Part shown: one piece after another, positions 49,124 to 58,210 of the stretch
Layout of the letters: each line of letters opens with the position of its first letter
How positions within the stretch are numbered: the stretch's first letter is position 1
DNA from: Candidatus Poribacteria bacterium
Lineage (GTDB): Bacteria > Poribacteria > WGA-4E > WGA-3G
Direction: 5' to 3'
Assembly (NCBI GenBank): GCA_965242965.1
Contig: OZ251518.1
Span: forward strand, 2,880,001 to 2,944,000
Length of the DNA: 64,000 nt
The notes under the pieces: generated by a model
Databases searched by the model: none
The model's input: only the letters and a program-made list of their open reading frames with translations
Told to the model about the DNA's origin: nothing
Translations under genes and position numbers: made by a program

Positions 49124-50101
49124 ATGTCTACAACAAAGCAACTTGCGAGATGGGGCACATTGCTCTGCGGTTTAATCCCCGTTTTGTTTCTTATCCTAGC
49201 CGTGTCACCGGTCAGTTTCGCGGGTGTGAATGCGATGCCGCACTTGAAACTCGGTGCCGGTGCACGTTCGATCGGGCTGGGCGGTGCTTTCACGGCAATA
49301 GCCGATGATGCGACAGCCACCGTCTGGAATCCGGCAGGCCTCGGTGCTGGGCAAGATAGCCTCAATTTTTCTACCCAGCGGCTTTCCTTGGATAGAACGC
49401 ATAACTTTTTCGCCGTGACGAAGTCCCTCGGCAGCGGCTCGCTTGGGCTCGCCGTGACAAACGCCGGCGTGAGCGGTATCGCGCAATACGATGCGAATGA
49501 GCGTTACGGCGGTGAATTCAACTACAGCGCGAACGCGTATTCCCTCTCTTACGGCCACGGACTCGGCAGCCTCAATATCGGGCTCAGTGCCCGGATGCTG
49601 ATGGATAACTTCGGCGCAGAAAGCGTTGAAAACCAGAGCGGCTTCGGCGGTGTTGATGTCGGTTTGATGGGACACGCACTCGCTATTGACGTGGGTGAGG
49701 AAGAAATGCCGACGTTCCACTACGGTATCGTCGCGAAATACCTCGGTGCCTCCCTCGGCGATGATGCCGTGCCGATGGTTATCAACGTGGGCGTAGCCTA
49801 TGATATTTACATGGGCAACGTTGTCACCTTCGCAGCCGATCTGGAACACGAGATGGTGACGGTGGACGAGAGCACTACCGGCGTTCGCCTCGGTGCTGAA
49901 TACACGATTGTCACCTACAAATCCACGCAGTTTGCCCTCCGCGGCGGTGTGAGAGCCACGCGCGATGTGCAGAACCTCTTCGGTGGATTCGGCGTGAACA
50001 TCGGCGGTTTACAGATTGACTACGCCATCCAAGACGGTATGGCGAGCGAAATCAACGGAGTCGGAACAACGCACTTTGCGTCCCTCTCTTATAGTTTCTA
50101 A
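49124..50101 (+). CDS. PorV/PorQ (UPF0164, FadL-like) outer-membrane beta-barrel
   Basis: LKLGAGARSIGLGGAFTAIADDATATVWNPAGL signature, C-terminal THFASLSYSF. Confidence 0.85.
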   Translation: MSTTKQLARWGTLLCGLIPVLFLILAVSPVSFAGVNAMPHLKLGAGARSIGLGGAFTAIADDATATVWNPAGLGAGQDSLNFSTQRLSLDRTHNFFAVTKSLGSGSLGLAVTNAGVSGIAQYDANERYGGEFNYSANAYSLSYGHGLGSLNIGLSARMLMDNFGAESVENQSGFGGVDVGLMGHALAIDVGEEEMPTFHYGIVAKYLGASLGDDAVPMVINVGVAYDIYMGNVVTFAADLEHEMVTVDESTTGVRLGAEYTIVTYKSTQFALRGGVRATRDVQNLFGGFGVNIGGLQIDYAIQDGMASEINGVGTTHFASLSYSF

Positions 50102-50174
50102 ACAGACTGACCGGCAGGTGCGATGGGAGCCTGCTCCTGTCGACTCCCCGGTCTCAGCGTAAAGGAGAAACCTG

Positions 50175-51038
50175 ATGAAAATGATAAGAGCCACGCTGAA
50201 GTTGGCACTGGTGCTCTACATTTGCACGGCACTCAGTGGCGTTTACGTGTTATCCGCCTCCGCCAAAATCACACCACACGCTGGCGACGAAGATACGATG
50301 TTAGTCACCATTGTGAAGGGTGACACGCTCTGGCATCTGTGCCAGGAGCATCTGAAGGACCCGCTCCGCTGGCGCGAGCTGAGCAAATACAACGATTTCA
50401 CGAATCCACACCTCATCTATCCCGGTGAAAAGCTCCGGATTCCGGTAGCCATGGTCAAGGAGATAGTTCAGGCGGAAGAGGAAGATATCGTGATGCAGCA
50501 AGAGGAACTCGAAAAACTTCAGGCGGAGTTGGAAGAGTCCGAAGCGACGCGCGAGAAACTGATGGCGGAAATCGAGGAGTTTAACGAGAAGGTTGCGGAA
50601 CTCAAGGGCGAACTCAAGGCACTTGAAGAAACCCTGAAATCGCAAGAGCATTTGATGGAAGCGGTGCACGAATCCGCACACGAACTCGGTTCTCACATGG
50701 AAGAGGCACTTGAAGCCAATACGGCCGCTATCAAAAAGCAGTTCGCGCACCTTGATGAGCACATCGAGGCGTTAGGGGAAATGCTTGAAGAGCGCATAAC
50801 GCACGCGAACACAATCCACAAACTCGTTGAAGAGCTTCAAGGGAACGTAGCGATGTCTTTGGAACAGATCGAAATGAGCCAAAAGGGTGTCGCTGAGATG
50901 AAAATGATGCTCAAGGATGCGAAAGGCGTGCATGAGGAAATGTCCTCAAACAAACGGACTTTGGTATTCCTGACGACGGCCGTCGCAGGCATCGGATGGC
51001 TCGCCATCAATCTGATTGGCGGCCGCAGCGGCGACTAA
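50175..51038 (+). CDS. LysM peptidoglycan-binding protein with long coiled coil and C-terminal TM
   Basis: Signal/TM, IVKGDTLWHL...NPHLIYPGEKLRIP, Glu-rich heptads, C-terminal hydrophobic helix. Confidence 0.85.
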   Translation: MKMIRATLKLALVLYICTALSGVYVLSASAKITPHAGDEDTMLVTIVKGDTLWHLCQEHLKDPLRWRELSKYNDFTNPHLIYPGEKLRIPVAMVKEIVQAEEEDIVMQQEELEKLQAELEESEATREKLMAEIEEFNEKVAELKGELKALEETLKSQEHLMEAVHESAHELGSHMEEALEANTAAIKKQFAHLDEHIEALGEMLEERITHANTIHKLVEELQGNVAMSLEQIEMSQKGVAEMKMMLKDAKGVHEEMSSNKRTLVFLTTAVAGIGWLAINLIGGRSGD

Positions 51039-51153
51039 GTCACGCCCGGGAACTCGTTCCTACCCGATGAGGCGTGGAAAGTGTTCCAGGCACCTAACAG
51101 GCCGTGCCTAACGGAAACCCTGTTATCGGATGTCCCTCTCGAACGCTACTTAG

Positions 51154-51190
51154 GCAGGGAAGGTGTTTTAGGCACCCTCCCTGCTTTTTT
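51154..51190 (+). terminator. Rho-independent terminator
   Basis: GCAGGGAAGGTG/CACCCTCCCTGC hairpin followed by T6. Confidence 0.7.
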
Positions 51191-51255
51191 GTAGGTTTCG
51201 TTCGATGTGTAAGGGTGGATGTCTCTCTCCGGCCGAAGGATACCCGACGAAATTC

Positions 51256-51864
51256 ATGAAAACCCCAAGCGTCTGTCAATTCGCAACGAAAGCCATTGAA
51301 CTCTATGGCGATAGAGCGGGGAGCAAAGGCACTTTCAAGTTCGCCGGGCTCGCTTGGCTGCAGACAGAAAAAGTCATTCTGATGCACGGTGATACGCAAA
51401 GCCTCGCAGAACCCGCGGCGTGGCGGCGTTTCCATCGCCTCGCCACCCTCGCGCACCGGCTGAAAAAACCGATGGTGCTGTGGAATCTGTCAGTCGCGCG
51501 CGAACCGCCTGCCGCCTTGGGACTCGCACGCGCAATTCAGCAGACTGAACTGCAACTCCTCAAATTGCCGCACCCTATCGTCACGGTTTTTGATGGCACG
51601 TTTGCGCGGGATGTGGATGTGACAGAACTCGCGTGGGGTGATGGAGCCGTGCTGATGCAACCTACGCATAACCTAGAAGCTGAAGACGCAACTTTACCGG
51701 TGCGGCGGCACGTAAAAATCGCCGAGGATGCAGACGACATTCCTGCACACATTTCGGCGTTATTGTGTCGCTTATCGGCAATTCCAGCTAAAGAATTGGT
51801 GGAAAATCGGAGCGAGACTTTGCGTTTGCTTGCGAAAAGATGCCTCATAAACGGCAAGATTTGA
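51256..51864 (+). CDS. Degenerate acetyl-CoA carboxylase carboxyltransferase alpha (AccA)-like protein
   Basis: IELYGDRAG, AGLAWL, EPAAWRRFHRLATLAHRLKKPMV, ARAIQQ..LKLPHPIVTV and LSAIPAKELVENRSETLR follow the AccA motif order, but conserved Gly-rich motifs are missing. Confidence 0.55.
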   Translation: MKTPSVCQFATKAIELYGDRAGSKGTFKFAGLAWLQTEKVILMHGDTQSLAEPAAWRRFHRLATLAHRLKKPMVLWNLSVAREPPAALGLARAIQQTELQLLKLPHPIVTVFDGTFARDVDVTELAWGDGAVLMQPTHNLEAEDATLPVRRHVKIAEDADDIPAHISALLCRLSAIPAKELVENRSETLRLLAKRCLINGKI

Positions 51865-51980
51865 CAACGGGCACGTCCATTCAGATAGGCAAGACAGATT
51901 GCTAGCCCACCGTGAAGACGGCCTGGTGCGTCAACGTTTTCTAACCAATTGCAGCCGAAAACGCATTGCGAACTACAAAT

Positions 51981-52604
51981 ATGTTTGAAGCAAAATTGAG
52001 AACGCGGCTTGAGACAGTCCTCTCTATTCTCGCAACCAAAATGGTTGCCATCGGCATCACGGCGAATATGGTGACGCTCTTCGGGTTCGTGGTGAACCTC
52101 ATCGCAACCTTCTTCTTCGCGAAGGGATACCTTGTGACAGGGGGCATTCTCATTCTGTTAGGGGGGAGTTTTGATACACTTGATGGAGCAGTTGCACGGG
52201 CTCAGAGCCGTCTCCGGCCATCAGGCGCGCTCCTTGATTCTGTCATCGACCGGTATTCGGAAGGCTTCCTCTTCCTCGGCGCGCTGATTTACTTCTACGG
52301 ATTAGAGAGTCTGCTCGGGATAACCCTCGCGTTCGGCGCATGGTTCGGTTCAATTCTGGTGAGTTATGTGAGAGCCAGAGCCGAAGGGCTCCAGATAACT
52401 TGCAAGGTGGGGTTCATGCAACGTCCGGAACGCATTATCCTCTTCGGTGCCGGCACGCTTTTGCAAGGCGTGCTGTGGCACAAATTTCCCTCCCTCCAAG
52501 CCAGCGGCATGATTCTCCTCTGCACGCTTGGCATCTTGACGCTTACGTCGCATATTACTGCCATCCACCGATTGATTTTTTCGTATCAGGAATTGGGCCG
52601 TTAG
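51981..52604 (+). CDS. CDP-alcohol phosphatidyltransferase (PgsA/PIP-synthase-like)
   Basis: TANMVT, DTLDGAVAR..SGALLDSVIDRYSE, VSYVRARAEGL, GFMQRPER. Confidence 0.9.
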   Translation: MFEAKLRTRLETVLSILATKMVAIGITANMVTLFGFVVNLIATFFFAKGYLVTGGILILLGGSFDTLDGAVARAQSRLRPSGALLDSVIDRYSEGFLFLGALIYFYGLESLLGITLAFGAWFGSILVSYVRARAEGLQITCKVGFMQRPERIILFGAGTLLQGVLWHKFPSLQASGMILLCTLGILTLTSHITAIHRLIFSYQELGR

Positions 52605-52606
52605 TT

Positions 52607-53410
52607 GAGGGTGTTTCATATCTCAATGCCTTCCCGGTAGGCGAGACCTCCTGGTCTTGACATCCGTAAAACATCGGGAGAGCATGGCGAGGGACAGGCC
52701 CTAGCCTTACGGGCCGCGGCACGTTGTTTTCACCGTAGCGCGGGGGCCTGTCCCCCGAGATCACACCCGTGAAAAAACGCCTCTTCAGGTCCTTTAGGTC
52801 CTGCATGTCTATAGTATCCCCGACCTCAAAAAAAACCCTAAGGTCCTTTAGGTCCTTAATAGTAGAATACACACCGCTGGAAAATATTAAGGTCCTAACG
52901 GACCTTGAGGACTTGGCTGTCTGCATGTGCTATAGACATTAAGGTCCTACGGACCTTGAGGAGACTGTCGTTCAGGAGCACCTGCTCCCGAACGGGCGCA
53001 TGGCGAGGCGAGCCCCTTCCGGGCCCGTAGCGCGGGGGCCTGTCCCCCGCGATCGTTCGATCTGCGCGAAAAACGCACGCAGACCAAGGCCGTCTCTCGT
53101 TCCGATCGAGGCACGGCGAGGGACAGGCCCTCGCCCTACGGTGAAACGGAGACGGCTTTGCACACCGTAGCGCGGGGGCCTCGCCTGCCATACGCGCAGG
53201 CGGGCGGGTTTCCCCCGCGATCGCCCGATCTGCGCGAAAAACGCACGCCAACCAACGCCGTTTTCCGTTCCGCGCCGGCGGGATGGATTCTGGGTGGTAA
53301 AAAAATTTAACTAGGAAAGAAAAAAGCAGTACGGTAGTAAAGCTGATTTTTCTCGCCACGAGGTTCCTAATCTTGGAAATCTTGAAAATCGTGTGAATCC
53401 TGCTTCTGCT
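52607..53410. repeat. Large composite REP cluster starting with TIR-like GAGGGTGTTTCATA
   Basis: Module nearly identical to 5850-6430; CAGGATT-type remnant at about 53370-53410. Confidence 0.85.
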
Positions 53411-53422
53411 CCTGTTGTTTTG

Positions 53423-54736
53423 CTAAGGACACACAAACTTCCCCAAAACCTTTCGCATGGACGCGCCAGTGGCGGCTGGAACGTTGCCTGCCTGTCCGTG
53501 TAACGCTTCGTTCGCGAGGATTGCAAAGGCTATCGCTTCTTTCGCATCGCTGTTTTCTACGGAGAGAACGATGCTATCGGGGAAGATTTGGGCTAATCGG
53601 CGCATGAGGGTTTGGTTTTGGGTGCCGCCGCCGCTGATGTAGAGTCTGTCTATTTTGCATCGAGACCGGGAGGTCTCGCCTACGGTGTTGCATCGAGACC
53701 GGGAGGTCTCTCCTACTGAAGAACATTGAGACTGGGAGGTTTCTCCTACGGTATTGCATCGAGACCGGGAGGTCTCTCCTACCGGTGTTTGTTGCGTCTG
53801 GGAGGGCTCTCCTACGGAGACGAATTGTTTGACATACTGCGCGATGGACTGCACCGTCAATTCTGTTACTGTGGCGATGCAAGCATCGTCATCTAATCCG
53901 CGCGCGAGGCATTGCGCGAGACAGGTTTGCGCGAAGGTAACGCCGAACATTTCACGTCCGGTCGTTTTCGGTGGAGGTTGCGAGAAGAAGGGGTGCGTTA
54001 ACCACTCCTCAACGAGTGGGAGATAGGGGGTGCCTTGCGCGGCACGCTGGCCGCTTGTGTCAAATCGTTCGGTGCCGCCGGTTATCTCGGAGACGACAGT
54101 GTCGATTATCATGTTGCCGGGGCCGGTATCGGAGGCGGCGATGAATTCAAGCGTGCAATTGGCGGGAAGGACGGTGATATTGGCGATGCCGCCGATGTTG
54201 AGGAGCCCGCGAGTTTCGTGTGTGTCGCGGTAGAGGAGGTAATCGGTATAGGCGACGAGGGGCGCGCCTTGTCCGCCGGCTGCCATATCTGCGACGCGAA
54301 AATCGGCGATTGTCGGAACCCCGGTCTGGTGCGCAATCACGGCGGGTTCGCCGATTTGTAAGGTTGATGGATAGGCGGCGTTGGGCAGATGGTGAATCGT
54401 CTGTCCGTGTGAACCGATGAGCGCGATGTCCCTCGCCGGGATACCGTGCTTTTTCAAGAGTGCCTTGACAGCGTCAGCAAACAAATGGCCGAGTCTGAAA
54501 TGCATCTCACATATCTTATCGACGCGCCCTGTCTCCGGATGACAGAGCGCGAGGATACTGTCCTGCACACTCGGCGGAAAAGGGACGGTGTCAAAGGCGA
54601 TGAGCGTAGCGCGCGTCGCAACGCCGTGGCCTTCAATCTCAACGACAGCCGCATCAATACCGTCTGCAGAGGTACCGGACATGAGGCCGATGACACGTTT
54701 TTTCTCTCGTTTCAGAAGTTCATAAAAAGGTTGCAT
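53423..54736 (-). CDS. anmK: Anhydro-N-acetylmuramic acid kinase (with ~53-aa REP-derived insertion)
   Basis: IGLMSGTSADGID, IGSHGQT, DFRVADMAAGGQGAPLV, LNIGGIAN, DTGPGN, PKTTGRE, KEAIAFA. Confidence 0.95.
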   Translation of the reverse strand: MQPFYELLKREKKRVIGLMSGTSADGIDAAVVEIEGHGVATRATLIAFDTVPFPPSVQDSILALCHPETGRVDKICEMHFRLGHLFADAVKALLKKHGIPARDIALIGSHGQTIHHLPNAAYPSTLQIGEPAVIAHQTGVPTIADFRVADMAAGGQGAPLVAYTDYLLYRDTHETRGLLNIGGIANITVLPANCTLEFIAASDTGPGNMIIDTVVSEITGGTERFDTSGQRAAQGTPYLPLVEEWLTHPFFSQPPPKTTGREMFGVTFAQTCLAQCLARGLDDDACIATVTELTVQSIAQYVKQFVSVGEPSQTQQTPVGETSRSRCNTVGETSQSQCSSVGETSRSRCNTVGETSRSRCKIDRLYISGGGTQNQTLMRRLAQIFPDSIVLSVENSDAKEAIAFAILANEALHGQAGNVPAATGASMRKVLGKFVCP

Positions 54737-54771
54737 GGTTTTTGAGAATCGGCGGCTATGGCCATCTCCCT

Positions 54772-55980
54772 TTACGAATAGCGTTGATAGATTTTTCTGT
54801 CATCATGCCACGCCTGAACACCGACACGCCACTCCCGCTGGATTTTTTCGATGGGTTCCTGGGCAGACAAGGCGAGGCGAAGACTGCTGTTACCGGCGAG
54901 TCTATCGAAATGTTCCTGATGGAAGACGAAGGTGTCCGGATAGGCACGCACTAAGTTGGCTAACATAAAAATGGCTGTCTCTATCGGCCGGAAGAGGAGC
55001 TTGTTGGTGACATGGAGGGCAACGCCTTTACACAACTCGTTCGCATACTTTGTGCTTTTCGTTACGGGGGCGGGTGTGAAAACGATGGGCCGAAACCGCA
55101 CGCCGGGGATAGCGAGGGCGTTGAGTTCGCGGGCCCATTGTTCGCCATCGCACCAGGGCGCGCCGATGTATTCAAAGGGTTTCGTCGTGCCGCGGCCCTC
55201 GCTGACGTTCGTGCCTTCAAAAAGGCAGAGGCCGGGATAGACAGCGACGGTATCCAGCGTCGGGATATTGGGAGAAGGCGGCACCCAGGGCAAACCGGTG
55301 TCTTCATACGTCATCTCGCGCGTATAACCGCGCATGGGGATAATTCTCACCATGAAGGTGGCAGGGTAACCGCGCGAGTTCCACAAGACAGCCGCGAGTT
55401 CGCCGATGGTGAGCCCGTAGCGCATGGGGATAGGATGCACGCCGACAAAGGAGCGGAATTCTTCGTTTAATACCTGTCCTTCCACGGTGAGACAACCGAG
55501 GGGGTTAGGCCGGTCGCAGACGAGGAACGTAATTTCTGCTTCGGACGCTGCGTCCATGGCATATAGCAACGTAGAGATATAGGTATAGCAGCGCGCGCCG
55601 ACATCCTGTATGTCGTAGATGAGGACATCGATGCCTTCAAGTTGTTCGGGGGTGGGCCGCAAATTTTCGCCGTAGAGGCTGTATACGGGGACAGAGATGG
55701 TATCAACTCCGTGCGGTGGTTTCTCGGATACGCATCTCCGAATGTCAAGGGTGTATGTCTCGTTTTGTGCGACACCGTCTTGCGCCGCGCCCCCGAATCC
55801 GTGCTCCGGGGTGAAGATAGCGGATAGGCGACACGGCAGAATATCGGCGATGACTTGGTAGGTGGGCAAGAGGTTTTCGTTCACACCGGTGTGGTTGGTA
55901 ATCAACCCGATGGATTTGTGTTCAATATATCGCAGCAGTTGCCAGTCTGTCGTTAAGTGGGTTATACCGAGTTCAACCAT
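54772..55980 (-). CDS. Exo-beta-N-acetylmuramidase NamZ family (DUF1343)
   Basis: GLITNHTG, FTPEHGF, VYSLYG, DIQDVGARCYTY, DRPNP, WVPPSPN, SEGRGTTKPFE; GGAGG RBS. Confidence 0.9.
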   Translation of the reverse strand: MVELGITHLTTDWQLLRYIEHKSIGLITNHTGVNENLLPTYQVIADILPCRLSAIFTPEHGFGGAAQDGVAQNETYTLDIRRCVSEKPPHGVDTISVPVYSLYGENLRPTPEQLEGIDVLIYDIQDVGARCYTYISTLLYAMDAASEAEITFLVCDRPNPLGCLTVEGQVLNEEFRSFVGVHPIPMRYGLTIGELAAVLWNSRGYPATFMVRIIPMRGYTREMTYEDTGLPWVPPSPNIPTLDTVAVYPGLCLFEGTNVSEGRGTTKPFEYIGAPWCDGEQWARELNALAIPGVRFRPIVFTPAPVTKSTKYANELCKGVALHVTNKLLFRPIETAIFMLANLVRAYPDTFVFHQEHFDRLAGNSSLRLALSAQEPIEKIQREWRVGVQAWHDDRKIYQRYS

Positions 55981-57013
55981 GTGTGCCTCCAAAGATAAGT
56001 TCATAAAATGCCTTCCGCAGGGGGAGGATGCCCTGTCTGTCGGCATCGGGATGGACGCGATTTGTTAATAAAATGGCGGCGCGGTTGCTTTTGAGACAGA
56101 CGCGGAGGGAGGTGCCGGTGAAGCCGGTATGATAGATGGAGCCGTCTGCCATGATGCGCCAGCCGATGCTGCGGGGTTCGCCTTCTGCAGGGTAAAGGGC
56201 GCGCATCGCAGCCAGACTTTCGGGGGACAGAACCTCGGTGCCGCCAGCCATGAGCATCCTGCAAAATGCCGCGAGTTCTGCCGCGGTAGAGAAGAGCCCC
56301 GCGTTCCCAGAAACGCCGCCGAGAAAATGCGCGTTTTCATCATGCACCTGCCCGACAATGACTCCTTCGCGCCAGTCGTGGCGCGCGTAGTTGACTTTTC
56401 GGCGTTCAAAACTGTTGCCGCTTTCGGTGGCGGCGCAGTTATCATGCCATGCAGGCGGAGGATTAAAGCCTGTCCGTTTCATGTGCAACGGCGAGAAGAT
56501 ACGCGCGTGCGCAAGGGCATCCAGCGGTTCGCCTGTTACCTTGGAGATGAGCGCGCCGAGAACAATGTAACCCAGGCAGCTGTAAAGTGCCTTCTCACCC
56601 GGCGGCGAGACGAGAGAGAGTGTGCTGAGATAATCGACGGCTCTTTCTGGCGAATCTGTGCCGAGATAGACAGGGCTCCAGTCGGGTAATCCAGATGTAT
56701 GCGTCAGCAGGTGCCGAAGAGTAATGCGTGGATGTCGGAATTCGGGCAGATAGGTAACTGCCGGTGTATCCAGTGCAACCTGTCCTTTTTCCACGAGTTG
56801 CATGCAGAGTGTCGCGGTGACGATGGGCTTCGTCAAAGAGGCAAGATCGAAGAGTGTGTTGCGGTGCATCGAGAGACGTTTCGGCACAACGGCGCGGTAT
56901 CCGAACGCCTCGTGAATATGCACTGCATCGGCGGTGAGGACGTAGACGACTGCACCGGGACACACATTTTCGGCGATGCTATTTTTGATGAGGGTTGCAA
57001 TGAATTTTTCCAT
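55973..57013 (-). CDS. Beta-lactamase-family serine hydrolase (AmiE/YbbE-like)
   Basis: FDLASLTK (SxxK), LLTHTSGL, YSC, GQVHDENA, GNAGLFS, HTGFTG, LTNRVHP. Confidence 0.9.
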   Translation of the reverse strand: MEKFIATLIKNSIAENVCPGAVVYVLTADAVHIHEAFGYRAVVPKRLSMHRNTLFDLASLTKPIVTATLCMQLVEKGQVALDTPAVTYLPEFRHPRITLRHLLTHTSGLPDWSPVYLGTDSPERAVDYLSTLSLVSPPGEKALYSCLGYIVLGALISKVTGEPLDALAHARIFSPLHMKRTGFNPPPAWHDNCAATESGNSFERRKVNYARHDWREGVIVGQVHDENAHFLGGVSGNAGLFSTAAELAAFCRMLMAGGTEVLSPESLAAMRALYPAEGEPRSIGWRIMADGSIYHTGFTGTSLRVCLKSNRAAILLTNRVHPDADRQGILPLRKAFYELIFGGTHG

Positions 57014-57127
57014 AATCGTATAATAGCACATTTTCTGTTTTGATGTCAATAAGTTTTTTCAGCGGCATCTTTTTTCTTGATTTGCAATGTGGTTATATGG
57101 TAAATTATTTATAGTCATTATTTAAAG

Positions 57128-57780
57128 GAGGGTGTTCCATATCTCGACGGATTCCCGGTAGGAGAGACCTCCCGGTCTCGATGCTGTGGTGGGCTTATTC
57201 TCTCGGGCAGGCGTGCCTGATTTTGACCTGTTCGGGCTCAGGTGTCCCGAACTACAGGGCTACATGTCTATAGCAGCACGTGTCGTGCCGTTTTCAAGGT
57301 CCGTTAGGGCCTTCATAAAAAAACGCGCGGCATGTCAAAATCTATTAAGGACCTAAAGGACCTTAGCATTCTTCGCGAGCGCGCGGGCTATAGACATTAA
57401 GGTCCTACGGACCTGAAGAGACTTTTTTCGTAGCGCGGGGGCCTGTCCCCCGCGAGCGTTGGATTGCACGGACGCTGGCGAGGGAAACCCGCTCGGATGC
57501 GCGTGTGGCATCCGAGGGCCCTCGCCCTACGATGAAAGGAAGGCGTTATTTTTATCGTAGGGCGGGGGCCTGTCCCCCGCGTTGTCCATCGTCACGATGT
57601 ATGTTACCCCATCTGTAGTTTGTGATCGCCTGATCACAAACGGGTCAGGATCGGGCGATCCTGCCCTACAGGAGGGATGCAGTCTGACACCAAAACGCAC
57701 GGCGAGGGACAGGCCCTCGCCCTACAGTGAGGGGGGGGCGTTTTTTCACCGTGACGTTGAGCGAGTTATGAAACACCCTC
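57128..57780. mobile_element. 653-bp REP-filled MITE with 14-bp TIRs and a perfect 21-bp target-site duplication
   Basis: TIRs GAGGGTGTTCCATA / TATGAAACACCCTC; ATTTATAGTCATTATTTAAAG at 57107-57127 and 57781-57801. Confidence 0.85.
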
Positions 57781-57830
57781 ATTTATAGTCATTATTTAAA
57801 GGAGCATAGTCACCGACACCGCAAACATCC

Positions 57831-58205
57831 ATGCAACAACCAGAAACCTTAGCGCACGCCTTGCGTGACTACCAAAAAACCGAAAAACCGTGGGGCGGCT
57901 TTATCCAATATGTCCTCAACCAGCCTGTCACCGTCAAGATTTTGGAAATCCGTGCTGGCGAGCAGGTGAGTTATCAGTATCATCACCATCGGAGTGAACT
58001 GTGGATACCCCTTGATGCGGGCGCGTGCGTCAACATTGAAGGCGAAGTGCAACGTCCCGCACCCATGGAACCCGTTTTCATTCCGCAAGGCGCGAAACAC
58101 CAACTCATCGGCGAAGCACACGATTACCGCATCCTCGAAATTGCGTTCGGGCATTTTGATGAGGAAGACATCGTCCGGCTCTCAGACAAATACGGGAGAA
58201 GTTAA
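57831..58205 (+). CDS. Cupin, type II mannose-6-phosphate isomerase C-terminal-like
   Basis: KPWGGF, SYQYHHHRSELW, IPQGAKHQL, EIAFGHFDEEDIVRLSDKYGR. Confidence 0.88.
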   Translation: MQQPETLAHALRDYQKTEKPWGGFIQYVLNQPVTVKILEIRAGEQVSYQYHHHRSELWIPLDAGACVNIEGEVQRPAPMEPVFIPQGAKHQLIGEAHDYRILEIAFGHFDEEDIVRLSDKYGRS

Positions 58206-58210
58206 GAATT

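Noticed and set aside
53423-57013. Serine hydrolase-NamZ-AnmK operon as a novel system
   Set aside because: It matches known peptidoglycan-recycling gene sets; only the REP insertion in anmK is unusual.
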